A stretch of 49,900 nt of DNA, taken from Desulfobacterales bacterium (GTDB lineage: Bacteria > Desulfobacterota > Desulfobacteria > Desulfobacterales > UBA11574). The translations under genes and the position numbers were made by a program. The notes below the pieces were generated by a model, which was not told where the DNA came from, searched no databases, and saw only the letters and a list, made by a program, of their open reading frames with translations. Below, piece by piece: positions 1 to 9,828 of this stretch; position 1 is the first letter of the stretch, and each line of letters begins with the position of its first letter. The stretch is from positions 1-49,900 of the forward strand of contig JAAXQD010000219.1 of NCBI GenBank assembly GCA_012974475.1. Direction: 5' to 3'.

Positions 1-495
1 GTCATCTTAATAGGTATTGCTTCGTATTTGACCTTTCAGGAAGTGATTTTAAGATATGTTTTTAATACCGGATGGAGCGGCTCTTATGAAATCACAGTCA
101 TGTCGCTTATATGGTGTACCTTTATCGGAGCCAGCCTGGGCATCAAGGAAAATATCCATATCGGCGTTGATGTTCTGGTAGTGAAGTTTGGCCCCAAGAC
201 CCAGCGTATCATAATTACTGTTTCCATTGCTTTATGTCTCCTTTTCGGAATCATATTGGCTGTAAAAGGCTTTGAATTCGCAAAATTCATCAGCCGCAGC
301 CACCTTCTGTCTCGTGATTTGCGCATTCCGATGGAGATAGGTTATCTGGCAATACCTGTAGGAGGAGTTTTGGTCTGCCTTCGTTTCATCGAGCGCCTGG
401 TCTATGTATTAAAAGGGGAGTCGTTTAAAATAGACCGTATGCACGAATTATCCGAAGAGGAAAAGGAAAAGCTCGTTCACACCCTGGATGATTAA
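1..495 (+). CDS. dctQ: TRAP transporter small permease (DctQ family), 5' end outside window
   Basis: Frame 1 is open from base 1, with no stop before the track's TTG at 28. The product is a small hydrophobic ~4-TM protein directly upstream of a DctM-type large permease. Confidence 0.8.
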   Translation, partial: VILIGIASYLTFQEVILRYVFNTGWSGSYEITVMSLIWCTFIGASLGIKENIHIGVDVLVVKFGPKTQRIIITVSIALCLLFGIILAVKGFEFAKFISRSHLLSRDLRIPMEIGYLAIPVGGVLVCLRFIERLVYVLKGESFKIDRMHELSEEEKEKLVHTLDD

Positions 496-550
496 CCAAG
501 TGCTGATATTTTTAGCATGACAGCAACATAATCCTATTAGGAGAAACCTG

Positions 551-1846
551 ATGGAGAGCCTAGGGATTACTCTTTTTATTGTCTTTTTTGTATATCTGGT
601 CCTGGGGATGCCCCTGGCCATTTGCCTGGGCCTTTCCGTAATCACCACATTCTGGTATCATGACGCCCTTCCCCTGATGGCTGTGGCCCAAAAATTATAC
701 AACGGGCTGGAACATTTTGCGCTGATGGCGATTCCTTTTTTTATCCTGGCCAGCAATATCATGTCCAAGGGAGGCGTTTCAAAACGCCTCATAGACGTGT
801 GTAATGCCTTTGTGGGGCATTATAGAGGCGGGCTGGCTGTGGCCTCTATTGTTTCCTGCATGTTTTTTGCTGCGATTTCCGGGTCCAGCCCCTCAACAGT
901 GGTTGCCATCGGCACTATCATGATCCCGGCCATGATTGCCTCAGGTTACGGCGATAAATACAGTGTGGGTCTGCTGGGTTCTGCCGGTTCCCTTGGCATT
1001 CTTATTCCTCCCAGTATCCCCATGATCGTTTATGGTGTGGCCACCGAACAATCTGTGGGCAAGCTTTTCATGGCCGGTGTAGGTCCTGGTTTGTTCATGG
1101 GAAGTCTTTTTATTATCACAGCAGTTATTTACGCTCGGTTCAAAGGGTTTAAAGGCGGGACGGTCGTACCCTGGAAAGATCGACTTGTTTTGCTCTGGAA
1201 AGCGTTGCCCGGTCTTTTTATGCCTTTTCTGATTCTTGGCGGAATCTACGGAGGGATTTTTACCCCCACGGAAGCTGCTGCCGTGGCTGTATTCTATTCT
1301 CTTTTTGTGGGACTTTTCGTATACAAAGACCTTAAGATCCGGGATATTCCCCAGGTATTCGTTCGAAGCGCTGTAATGAGCGCTATGATACTTTTCATTA
1401 TTACAAATGCTATGCTTTTTGCCTTCATTCTCACCACCGAAGGGATTCCAGCGGCTATTGCCGCGTTTATTATTAAACATGCCGTAACACCCTGGGTTTT
1501 CCTTCTTTTTGTCAATGTACTTCTATATTTTGTTGGAGACTTCATGGAGCCGAGCGCAGCCATTTTGATCCTGGCGCCGCTATTTCTGCCTATTGTGTTG
1601 AAGCTGAATATAGACCCTATTCATTTCGGGATCATCATGACCGTGAACATGGAGATCGGAATGATCACACCGCCTGTAGGCCTCAATCTTTTTGTGGCCA
1701 GTGGAATCTCAGGTCTGTCTCTGTGGGATGTTTTCAAAGGGGCGGCACCTTTCATGATTATCATGCTGTTCGCTCTCTTAATCATTACTTATATTCCGGT
1801 TATATCGCTCTGGTTTCCCAAACTTCTGTATGGAGTCCTTTTCTAA
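551..1846 (+). CDS. dctM: TRAP transporter large permease (DctM family)
   Basis: 431 aa polytopic membrane protein of typical DctM length. Motifs include MAIPFFILA and ITPPVGLNLF. An AGGAG Shine-Dalgarno (SD) site lies upstream of the ATG. Confidence 0.9.
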   Translation: MESLGITLFIVFFVYLVLGMPLAICLGLSVITTFWYHDALPLMAVAQKLYNGLEHFALMAIPFFILASNIMSKGGVSKRLIDVCNAFVGHYRGGLAVASIVSCMFFAAISGSSPSTVVAIGTIMIPAMIASGYGDKYSVGLLGSAGSLGILIPPSIPMIVYGVATEQSVGKLFMAGVGPGLFMGSLFIITAVIYARFKGFKGGTVVPWKDRLVLLWKALPGLFMPFLILGGIYGGIFTPTEAAAVAVFYSLFVGLFVYKDLKIRDIPQVFVRSAVMSAMILFIITNAMLFAFILTTEGIPAAIAAFIIKHAVTPWVFLLFVNVLLYFVGDFMEPSAAILILAPLFLPIVLKLNIDPIHFGIIMTVNMEIGMITPPVGLNLFVASGISGLSLWDVFKGAAPFMIIMLFALLIITYIPVISLWFPKLLYGVLF

Positions 1847-1857
1847 GATTCAAAAAG

Positions 1858-1885
1858 AGGCCGGAGGAACTTTCTCTTCCGGCCT
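1858..1885 (+). terminator. Hairpin downstream of dctM (possible terminator, no U-tract on + strand)
   Basis: AGGCCGGAGGA (1858-1868) pairs with TCTTCCGGCCT (1875-1885): 11 bp with one G-T pair and a 6-nt loop. It starts 12 nt after the dctM stop. It is followed by GCCCC rather than a T-run. Confidence 0.35.
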
Positions 1886-1939
1886 GCCCCAAATTTCTTA
1901 TAAGCAAAGGTGAAAGGCATTTATAAGAGAGGATCCATT

Positions 1940-2509
1940 ATGAAAAGAATGATAGTCGGCTTTTTTGTAACGCTTGTTTTTATACTATTGACTGTCTATA
2001 TCCCCATTGCAATGTCTGGTGATCCGGTCAATTTGCGAAGTCAAGCGAAGCGGCTTTCAGATAAAGATGTAAAGTCGATGCTGACAAAATACAATTATTT
2101 TGACAGGACCAAAAATAAAACCGGAACTTTTGCCAACGACTTTGTGGATAACGGTGACGACACGGTGACCGACCGGGCCACCGGATTGATGTGGCAAAAG
2201 AATGGCTCATTAAAGGGGATGACATGGGCAGAAGCAAAGGAGTATGTAAATAAGCTCAACAGCGACCGGTTTGCCGGATACTCGGCCTGGCGGCTTCCAA
2301 CCATTGAAGAGCTTGCTTCCTTGTTAAAATCCAAAAAAGCCAATGACAACTTGCATATCGATCCTATTTTTTCCGGAAAACAGAAATTTTGCTGGAGTGC
2401 CGATACCTTCGCTCCGGACATCGCCTGGTATGTGAGTTTCAAAGCAGGCATGATCCGACACATCTATCATTTCTTCTATCACGTAAGGGCGGTTCGTACG
2501 ATCAAGTAG
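1940..2509 (+). CDS. DUF1566 (Lcl C-terminal domain) secreted or membrane-anchored protein
   Basis: The ATG at 1940 gives an N-terminal signal/TM segment (MKRMIVGFFVTLVFILLTVYIP). Motifs ATGLMWQK and WRLPTIEEL are typical of DUF1566. The track ORF starts earlier, at 1910. Confidence 0.6.
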   Translation: MKRMIVGFFVTLVFILLTVYIPIAMSGDPVNLRSQAKRLSDKDVKSMLTKYNYFDRTKNKTGTFANDFVDNGDDTVTDRATGLMWQKNGSLKGMTWAEAKEYVNKLNSDRFAGYSAWRLPTIEELASLLKSKKANDNLHIDPIFSGKQKFCWSADTFAPDIAWYVSFKAGMIRHIYHFFYHVRAVRTIK

Positions 2510-2540
2510 CAAATGTATTGATATATGCTACATAAGGAAT

Positions 2541-3266
2541 ATGGCACTTCTTGAGATAAAAAATCTTACCAAAGCTTTTGGCGGACTCCTGGCGGTCAAT
2601 GACGTCTCCTTTAACGTGAAAGAAGGGGAGATTGTCGGCCTCATCGGTCCCAACGGCAGTGGAAAAACCACGACATTCAACTGCATCAATCAATTTTTCC
2701 CCGTTACATCCGGAGACATCCTGTTTAAAGGAAAAAGCATCATCAGGTTGAAAACCCATCAAATTTGTCATCTGGGTATTGGGCGGACGTTTCAGGTTGT
2801 CAAGCCCCTGGCCAGAATGACGGTTTTGGAGAATGTTACTGCATCCGCCTTTTGCCGTGTCAATACCATCAAGGAAGCAAAGGATGAAGCTTTAAGTGTT
2901 CTGGAATTCTGTAATCTTGCAGACCAGAATGATAAACCGGCCAAAAGTCTGCCCATCGCCAGCAGAAAACGCCTTGAAATTGCACGGGCACTGGCAACCA
3001 AGCCGGAACTTTTGCTTCTGGACGAAACCGCTGCCGGTTTAAATCCGGGTGAACTTGATGAGGCCATCGATCTGATTAAAAAAATCAGGGAAAATGGGAT
3101 CAGCATCCTGATTGTCGAACATATCATGAAGGTCATCATGACCATATCGGATCGAATTCACGCCATCAACTTCGGCCAAACCATTGCAGAAGGAGCACCC
3201 CAAGAAGTTGCCAACAACCAGGCGGTGATTGAGGCCTATTTGGGAGAACAGCATGCTCAAGGTTAA
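2541..3266 (+). CDS. livG: Branched-chain amino acid-type ABC transporter ATP-binding protein (LivG-like)
   Basis: Walker A GPNGSGKTT and Walker B LLLLDETAAG, with a LivG-type C-terminal extension (EVANNQAVIEAYLG). Confidence 0.85.
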   Translation: MALLEIKNLTKAFGGLLAVNDVSFNVKEGEIVGLIGPNGSGKTTTFNCINQFFPVTSGDILFKGKSIIRLKTHQICHLGIGRTFQVVKPLARMTVLENVTASAFCRVNTIKEAKDEALSVLEFCNLADQNDKPAKSLPIASRKRLEIARALATKPELLLLDETAAGLNPGELDEAIDLIKKIRENGISILIVEHIMKVIMTISDRIHAINFGQTIAEGAPQEVANNQAVIEAYLGEQHAQG

Positions 3267-3957
3267 TGGAATCAACGTCTTTTACGGAGATCTACAGGTT
3301 CTCTGGGATGTCACCTTCGAAGTCAAAGAGAAAGAAATCCTGGTTTTGGTGGGCGCCAACGGAGCCGGGAAAAGCACGACACTCAAGACCATCTCCTCAC
3401 TGTTAACGCCGGCGTCCGGCACCATCGAATTCAATGGTATCCGTCTGGATCGTTTACCCTCCAACAAAATCATTGAACAGGGGATTGTTCACGTTCCTGA
3501 AGGAAGGCGTCTCTTTCCGGAGATGAGCGTCGAAGAGAACTTGATCATGGGTTCACTCCACGGCAGGGCCAAAGCCAAACGCGATGAAACTCTCGACTAT
3601 GTCTATTCTCTGTTTCCAAGACTCAAAGAAAGAAGAAAGCAAATGGCCGGCACCTTGTCCGGCGGTGAGCAACAGATGTTGGCGGTGGGGCGCGGATTGA
3701 TGTCCCTTCCCAAATTGATGATGTTTGACGAGCCGTCCCTGGGTCTGGCACCCATTCTGGTACAAGACATCTTTGATTTGATAAAAAAGATCAACCAGGA
3801 AGGCGTAACCATCCTTTTGGTGGAGCAGAATGTCACACAGACACTGGCCATGTGCGACCGGGCCTATGTCCTTGAAAACGGTAGAAACGTTCTTGAAGGC
3901 ACCGGAAAAGAGCTGATGGCCAACGATCATGTGAGAGAGGTTTATCTGGGCATATAA
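3253..3957 (+). CDS. livF: Branched-chain amino acid-type ABC transporter ATP-binding protein (LivF-like)
   Basis: The ATG at 3253 overlaps the livG stop by 14 nt. Walker A GANGAGKST, signature LSGGEQQML, Walker B LMMFDEPSLGL, C-terminus VREVYLG. Confidence 0.85.
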   Translation: MLKVNGINVFYGDLQVLWDVTFEVKEKEILVLVGANGAGKSTTLKTISSLLTPASGTIEFNGIRLDRLPSNKIIEQGIVHVPEGRRLFPEMSVEENLIMGSLHGRAKAKRDETLDYVYSLFPRLKERRKQMAGTLSGGEQQMLAVGRGLMSLPKLMMFDEPSLGLAPILVQDIFDLIKKINQEGVTILLVEQNVTQTLAMCDRAYVLENGRNVLEGTGKELMANDHVREVYLGI

Positions 3958-4042
3958 AACGGCCATTAAATTCCCATCGAATTTCAAGCACCACAACATC
4001 CCATGCCCCCCGTCCTTTGATCTCCGATCCCTGTCTCATAAA

Positions 4043-5776
4043 TCATCCTTTTATTATCCTGGGCAGGATCAGGTGATGATGGGGACATATTGATTTTGGG
4101 TTCTGGTAAGCTGCTCCTGCAAAGGCCACAAGGTATTTCCTCAGATCATGAATCGGCACAATCTCATCAATCAGACCATTTTCTGCACAGAACAGGGGCC
4201 TTGATTTTTCGTGATAATCTTTGGCCAGTTTGTTCATCTTTTCGATGATCGGTTCCAAAGGTCTTCCTGCTTCTTTTTCTTTGACCAGTCTTCGAGAATA
4301 GGTGGCCACCGCAGCGGTCTCACCATGCATGACATATATTTCACTGGCCGCGGTTCCCAGGGTAAAGGCATTGTGCCGGTTGGCGGTGGGTCCGCCCATG
4401 AGATAGTGGGCCGACGCCGTTCCTTTTCTGAGAAGCAGAAGCATCATGGGAATGTCGGTCTGCTGGATCGAATAAACAAGCCCCTGGGCCAGACCCAGCA
4501 ATTCGGCCTTTTCCGCCGCATCTCCCACATCCAGACCTGAGCTGTCCTGGAGCCAGACAATCGGAATACGATCCCTTCCGCAAAGGGTCACGAACTCGTT
4601 CATTTTTATCAACCCCTGGCGGTAGAGTTTTCCGCCCATACCAGGATAATCGGCGTACTCCGGATAATTCTTCCCCAGGTATTCCTGCCGGTTGCCGATG
4701 CATGCCACGAGAAATCCGTCGATTTTGCACAATCCCGCATACACTTCCGGGCCGTAATCGGGACGGAATTCCATATGTTCACTTGAATCCACCAGCCTGG
4801 CCAATACCTCGTCAAAATCGTATACTCTTTTGGGATTTAAGGGAATCAAGCGGTAAAGATCGTCTATGGAAAATCGGGGTTCTTTGGGTTCAGCCACCCG
4901 GTAAAATTTGGGGTGATATGCCGGCATATCTTTCATGTAATCTTTTAGCCCCTCCAACACCCCGGTTTCATCTTCAAACACATATCTAAAAAAGCCGGTT
5001 TCATCATGGTGGATGTTTACCGACCCCGGTGGTTTGGCCCGAAACTGTTTTGCCTTTTCGATGATTTCTTCTGCGGCTTCTAAATTAAATTCTCCTTTGG
5101 GCGCCATTCCGCTGACGATGCCCACACCACCCACGGCAATATTACAGTTTTTGTGGGCAAAGAGTATGGTGGGACTGATGCTCTGGTACCCGCCGCCGGC
5201 CGGGTTTGTGCCGTATATCCCAGCAAGCACCGGAATTCCAAACTGTTCCAGCTCGGCATGCCTGAAAAAAGGGGTTCCGGCCCCACGACGATTGGCATAG
5301 AATTTTTCCTGTTCAGTCAATTTGGCGCCACTACAATTAATCAGCCAGATCAAAGGAATATTCAGGCGTTTGGACAGGTCGGTCACCCGCAAAATATTTT
5401 CAGACTGCCCCGGAAGCCAGGCCCCGGCCATCACTTTATTGTCAAATCCGATAATAACGGCCCATTTACCCGAGATTTTGCCGATTCCATCAATAACGTT
5501 TGTGGTCCCTTCCACATTGTTCATTGGATTGTACAGGGTATGCAATGGACACCAGGTGCCTGGATCGACCAGGTATTCAAGACGCTGCCACACGGTCATC
5601 TGTCCCCTGGCATTAATCTTCTCTTCAGGGAACCCGGCCAGTTTCACCCGATTCACTTCATCAGCGACATCTTTTTCGATCTTTTTGATGCTGTTAAGGT
5701 TTTCTTCGGTGCTTTTAATTCGGCCTTTTTTTAGGGCGCGGCCGAATTCGGTCATCTTCTCAAAATAAGGTCTCAT
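4043..5776 (-). CDS. gcdA: Glutaconyl-CoA decarboxylase alpha subunit-like acyl-CoA carboxyltransferase
   Basis: 577 aa. Long stretches match my memory of Acidaminococcus GcdA: GTWCPL, DNKVMAGAW, GIYGTNPAGGGY, KLYRQGLIKMNEFVTLC, WLQDSSGLDVGD, AYQNPKSICPHH. Confidence 0.8.
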   Translation of the reverse strand: MRPYFEKMTEFGRALKKGRIKSTEENLNSIKKIEKDVADEVNRVKLAGFPEEKINARGQMTVWQRLEYLVDPGTWCPLHTLYNPMNNVEGTTNVIDGIGKISGKWAVIIGFDNKVMAGAWLPGQSENILRVTDLSKRLNIPLIWLINCSGAKLTEQEKFYANRRGAGTPFFRHAELEQFGIPVLAGIYGTNPAGGGYQSISPTILFAHKNCNIAVGGVGIVSGMAPKGEFNLEAAEEIIEKAKQFRAKPPGSVNIHHDETGFFRYVFEDETGVLEGLKDYMKDMPAYHPKFYRVAEPKEPRFSIDDLYRLIPLNPKRVYDFDEVLARLVDSSEHMEFRPDYGPEVYAGLCKIDGFLVACIGNRQEYLGKNYPEYADYPGMGGKLYRQGLIKMNEFVTLCGRDRIPIVWLQDSSGLDVGDAAEKAELLGLAQGLVYSIQQTDIPMMLLLLRKGTASAHYLMGGPTANRHNAFTLGTAASEIYVMHGETAAVATYSRRLVKEKEAGRPLEPIIEKMNKLAKDYHEKSRPLFCAENGLIDEIVPIHDLRKYLVAFAGAAYQNPKSICPHHHLILPRIIKG

Positions 5777-5779
5777 AGT

Positions 5780-6013
5780 TTAAACCTCGATGTATTCTTC
5801 ATCAACAACGGCCAGAATATCGTCTTCCGCCACTTCGTCCCCTTCTTTAACCATCACTTTCCGTATGGTTCCATCCCAGGGGACAAATACCGGTGTTTCC
5901 ATCTTCATCGCTTCAATAACCAGGATTTCTTCCTCCGCCTCCACCGTGTCGCCTGCTTTTATTTTCAGTTGAAATACCCTTCCGGCAAGAGGCGCTGCAA
6001 TCTCCTTGGCCAT
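5780..6013 (-). CDS. Biotin carboxyl carrier (biotinyl domain only, 77 aa)
   Basis: The ATG at 6013 is preceded by a GGAGG SD; the track ORF starts earlier, at 6064. The biotinyl-lysine motif EAMKME is present. The stop lies 3 nt upstream of the gcdA start. Confidence 0.8.
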   Translation of the reverse strand: MAKEIAAPLAGRVFQLKIKAGDTVEAEEEILVIEAMKMETPVFVPWDGTIRKVMVKEGDEVAEDDILAVVDEEYIEV

Positions 6014-6122
6014 AATAATAGTCCTCCATTTTTCTGCTTCATAGTTTTGCAATAGCGCGTGCAATCCCCGCGTCCTGCCGGGTCGGGACTGCAGTATCGG
6101 CGAGCGAAATTTATCCCTTTAA

Positions 6123-7286
6123 TTATCTGTTCGCTTTGCGAATTCCAAGCTGATCCAGAGCAATGATCCATTTACAGATATTGGCCGATCCTTCAACCAT
6201 GGTATAGGTGGGGGCGTCCCGAAAAAAACGTGCGATGGGATACTCTGTAGAATATCCGTATGCCCCCAGAATCCTCATGGCAAAGTTGGCGCACTTTGTT
6301 ACGACTTCACCGGCAAAATATTTTGCCTGTGCCACACCGAGGCCGTTGTTGAGGTTCCCCTGATCCTTTTCCCAGGCAGCCTTGTAAACCAGGAGCCGGG
6401 CAGCCTCGATCTCGGCAGACATCTGGGCAATCATATCCTGATTCATCTGAAACTCGCCGATGGGTTTCCCGAACTGTTTGCGTTCATTACAATATTTTAG
6501 CGACACATTCAAACATGCCTGGGCAACTCCTACGGCACCGGCGGCTGCAGAAAGGCGGGTCTGATTGAGTGAGCCGAAGAGTATCCTTGCGCCGTCTCCG
6601 GGTTTTCCGATGATATTTTCCCGGGGTACCCGTGTATTGCTTAAAAATATCTCACCTGTGGGAGAGGAGTGAGACCCCATTTTTTCTAAGGCCGATGTTC
6701 TAACACCGTTAAAATTCTTCGTCTCCACAACAAAGGCCGAAAGACCCTTGGATGCCTTATCTGTATCCGTATAGGCATAATAAATAATAACATCTGCAAC
6801 ATCTGCATTGGAGATCCAGGTCTTGGAGCCGTTTAATAGCCAGTGATCCCCCTTGTCTTCTGCAGTTGACATCATGGCCATCACATCGGAACCGGCATCG
6901 GGTTCTGTGATTGCAAAACCACCGATGGTGTCGGCGTTAACCAGCTGGGGGATGTATTTTTGTTTTAAGACTTCGCTCCCGTATTTGCATATGGTAAAAG
7001 CGCTTCCAAGGCACTGCATGTTGACCTGAACCCTCAGAGAGCTTGATGCTTTTGCAATTTCTTCGGTCACAATCATGGCCGCCAGCCAACCCATGTCTTC
7101 TCCGCCATATTTTTCAGGAATGACCGTTCCGAAAAAACCGAGTTCTCCCATGGGCTTGATGGCTTCTTTATAAGGGAAATAATGGTTTGCATCCCACTCA
7201 TCAGCATAGGGTGCAATTTTTTTGGCTGCAAATTCAGAAACCGCCTTTTTCAGCATCTGAAGTTCTTTAGATAACGCAAAATCCAT
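6123..7286 (-). CDS. Acyl-CoA dehydrogenase (context suggests a glutaryl-CoA/short-chain role)
   Basis: 387 aa from the ATG at 7286 (GGGAGGA SD). ACAD-family N-terminal, middle and C-terminal domain pattern: FAITEPDAGSD, FGKPIGEFQ, and a catalytic-base region YEGSANI-like (MVEGSANI). Confidence 0.85.
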   Translation of the reverse strand: MDFALSKELQMLKKAVSEFAAKKIAPYADEWDANHYFPYKEAIKPMGELGFFGTVIPEKYGGEDMGWLAAMIVTEEIAKASSSLRVQVNMQCLGSAFTICKYGSEVLKQKYIPQLVNADTIGGFAITEPDAGSDVMAMMSTAEDKGDHWLLNGSKTWISNADVADVIIYYAYTDTDKASKGLSAFVVETKNFNGVRTSALEKMGSHSSPTGEIFLSNTRVPRENIIGKPGDGARILFGSLNQTRLSAAAGAVGVAQACLNVSLKYCNERKQFGKPIGEFQMNQDMIAQMSAEIEAARLLVYKAAWEKDQGNLNNGLGVAQAKYFAGEVVTKCANFAMRILGAYGYSTEYPIARFFRDAPTYTMVEGSANICKWIIALDQLGIRKANR

Positions 7287-7581
7287 ATGGCATCCTCCCA
7301 ATTAGAGCCTATCTCAATTTTTGAGAAATGATGTTTTTCTTTAGGTTTCTAATCTTTTATTCCAATTAATGGCAGCTCGGTTTTATGGGCATTAAAATAC
7401 ACTCAAACTTTTTTGAAAAGAATAACGGATAGGATACGATGTATTTACTTTTTATCTCATCGTCGTCGCCTGTTGAATTTGTGGTGATTTTTTCGATTTG
7501 ATATAATTTGTCAAACACTTGTAGAATAGCATTCGAAGACCGGAATCGCAATCATTTTCCTTTTAGATCTCATCCATAAAG

Positions 7582-8949
7582 TCATTCTCTATCAGGCGCG
7601 GAGATGCTGATAAAACCGAGGTATGACATACCCATTATCGCTGAGAGAACAGACCCTGTCAGGATCGCAATTTTTGCATAATTGAGTATTTGAGGATCGG
7701 AAAATGAAAGGTCGGAAAGAAACAAAGACATGGTGAAGCCGATTCCCCCAAGCATAGCTGCTCCAAAAATATGCGACCACCTGACTTCTTGGGGCAAGGA
7801 AGCAATCCCGGTCTTAACCGAAAGATAGGAAAATAACATGACTCCTATGGGCTTTCCGAAAACCAGACCAAGGATAATCCCCATGATTACCGGATTTGAG
7901 ACCATTTCCGAAAAAACGATATTGTGAAAGGTCAAACCGGTATTTCCCAAGGCAAAAAAAGGCAGAATTAAAAATGCAACCCATGGATGCAGGGCGTGCA
8001 TCAACCGCTGCAGGGGTGTTTCCACATCATGACAGGCCAGTTCCAGGGCCTGAACGGCATGCATGTGGTCTTGATTCAAAAGGATTGAATAACCACAACT
8101 TTGTTCCTCACATTCAAACTTTTCCGTTATTTTCTTTACGTTTTGCAAAAAGTTGTCGGTATCATACCTTCCCCGGGCCGGTACAAAAAGAGAAACAATC
8201 ACACCGGCGATGGTGGGATGAATGCCGGATCCCAGAACAAAAAACCAGACGGCAAGTCCCAGAATTGCATATACCAGCGTCCATCGGATCCAGAGAAAGT
8301 TTGCCACGGCAAGTCCGAGAATCAAAAACAGGCTGATGATAAGATAAGACCAGACGATTTTCTGGGTATAGAAAATTGCGATAATGACGACCGCACCCAG
8401 ATCGTCGGCAATGGCGAAAGCCGCCAGAAAGATCCTCAGACCCACCGGCAGTCTGCGGCCAAATACGGCCACAGCCCCCAAAGCAAAGGCGATATCCGTT
8501 GCAACGGGAACTCCCCATCCGCTTATGGTTGGTAATCCGATATTAAGTGTTGCATAGATCAGGCCGGGTATAATCATTCCTCCCAAGGCGGCGATCACCG
8601 GCAGCAAAGCCTTTTTGGGAGTCGCGAGTTCTCCCACGAGAATTTCGCGTTTAATCTCGAGACCCACCGTAAAAAAGAACAAAGACATGAGACCGTCATT
8701 GATCCAGTGAACGAGTGTTTTGCTGATACGAAAATGTCCGAAGGCAAAGGAAATTTCGGTATGCCAAAAGCTGTGATAAGTTTCCCCGATGCGGGAATTG
8801 GTCCAAATCAGAGCAATGATCGTCGCGGCAATGAGCAATATACTGCTGGTAGCTTCTTTTCTGAAAAATCGCTGGAAGGGTCTAAAAATTTGGTCGGCAA
8901 CCAGTTGCCGGGGGGATGTCATGTACTTGTTACGGTTAAAAGGCATCAT
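7582..8949 (-). CDS. nhaA: Na+/H+ antiporter NhaA
   Basis: 455 aa with ~12 TM segments. NhaA hallmarks include WINDGLMSLFFF, ATDIAFALG and AIADDLGAV (the DD pair). The start codon is uncertain (8949, 8946 or 8922). Confidence 0.9.
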   Translation of the reverse strand: MMPFNRNKYMTSPRQLVADQIFRPFQRFFRKEATSSILLIAATIIALIWTNSRIGETYHSFWHTEISFAFGHFRISKTLVHWINDGLMSLFFFTVGLEIKREILVGELATPKKALLPVIAALGGMIIPGLIYATLNIGLPTISGWGVPVATDIAFALGAVAVFGRRLPVGLRIFLAAFAIADDLGAVVIIAIFYTQKIVWSYLIISLFLILGLAVANFLWIRWTLVYAILGLAVWFFVLGSGIHPTIAGVIVSLFVPARGRYDTDNFLQNVKKITEKFECEEQSCGYSILLNQDHMHAVQALELACHDVETPLQRLMHALHPWVAFLILPFFALGNTGLTFHNIVFSEMVSNPVIMGIILGLVFGKPIGVMLFSYLSVKTGIASLPQEVRWSHIFGAAMLGGIGFTMSLFLSDLSFSDPQILNYAKIAILTGSVLSAIMGMSYLGFISISAPDRE

Positions 8950-8989
8950 TCTTTTTATCTATAGGCACAAGGCAATACTTAAATTTCGA

Positions 8990-9607
8990 TTATTCGATTT
9001 TATGCTTTACGTTGTCACATATCATGTCAACGGCCTTTTCCACCGATGTTTTTCCCATATCGATAATCAAATCATAAAGGTGTGCAGCTTTCCAGTCTTC
9101 GTTGAAGTATTGTTTGATATAAGCCTTTAAATCACCTTCTTCTCTGTCAATAAAATCTTTTGCAGCCTTATGATTTAAGTTTTCGGATTGCATAATCGTA
9201 TTTATTTTTAGTTCATTATCTTTTATCAAACGGACATGAAGCGTATTTGGTTTTTCTTTTAAAAGGCACTGGCTTCCCCATCCAAGAATGATGACGTTAC
9301 CGGCGTCGTATACATTTTCAACCAACTTTTTGGTGACCTCATAGTAGTTCTTGTCGTCCAGGCAGCCGTGTTCGCGGTCGACCACCTTCTGGACAATAGA
9401 GCAAGTGTAGCGATCGACAAAACGAAGGATTCGTGACTGGGAAGCTTTGCGAAACGTTGCCGCTTCACTTTCAGATATATGGAGTTCTTTAGCAATATCA
9501 GCAACTAAATTTTTGCCGATGTATTCGTAACCAAGTTTTTCCGCTACCTGCGATGCGACCTTTTCACCTTCAGTACCAAATTCTTTGCTAATGGTAATTA
9601 CTGCCAT
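8990..9607 (-). CDS. Cytidylate kinase-like family protein (degenerate P-loop)
   Basis: The N-terminus MAVITISKEFGTEGEKVA and overall layout resemble the Cytidylate_kin2 family. An AAGGAGG SD is present. Function unknown. Confidence 0.55.
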   Translation of the reverse strand: MAVITISKEFGTEGEKVASQVAEKLGYEYIGKNLVADIAKELHISESEAATFRKASQSRILRFVDRYTCSIVQKVVDREHGCLDDKNYYEVTKKLVENVYDAGNVIILGWGSQCLLKEKPNTLHVRLIKDNELKINTIMQSENLNHKAAKDFIDREEGDLKAYIKQYFNEDWKAAHLYDLIIDMGKTSVEKAVDMICDNVKHKIE

Positions 9608-9828
9608 GAAACCCTCCTTTGACCCTATTAATTATCGAGACCTTTGAAAAAAGCTCCGTCTTGACCTTAATCATGAACAACCCTCCATATCTTCAATGAT
9701 CGGGCATTGTCAAGAGATTGGGGGGTAAGTTCTCGATAAAGGTGGACCCTGCATGCTTATTATCACCTAAATTGAGCAATTTTTGATTCGATCTGCACGA
9801 ATCTCTTGCGCATCAAAGATCTGCTAAA

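Noticed and set aside
941-1563. Minus-strand ORFs (179 aa and 89 aa) inside dctM
   Set aside because: They are antisense shadow ORFs of a confidently called membrane protein gene, with no motifs.
2541-3957. livG/livF ATPase pair without adjacent permease or binding-protein genes
   Set aside because: Orphan ATPase pairs are common, and the partners may be elsewhere. This is not unusual enough to flag.
5153-5768. Long plus-strand ORFs (193 aa and 148 aa) antisense to gcdA
   Set aside because: They lie entirely within a well-supported minus-strand gene. The translations are low-complexity (Pro/Gly/Ser/Arg-rich) with no recognisable motifs and no SD. This is a typical shadow ORF.
7366-7551. 61-aa ORF in the acd-nhaA intergenic region
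   Set aside because: It has a TTG start directly after a stop, no SD, AT-rich composition, and no motif. It is probably non-coding promoter DNA for the acd-gcd operon.
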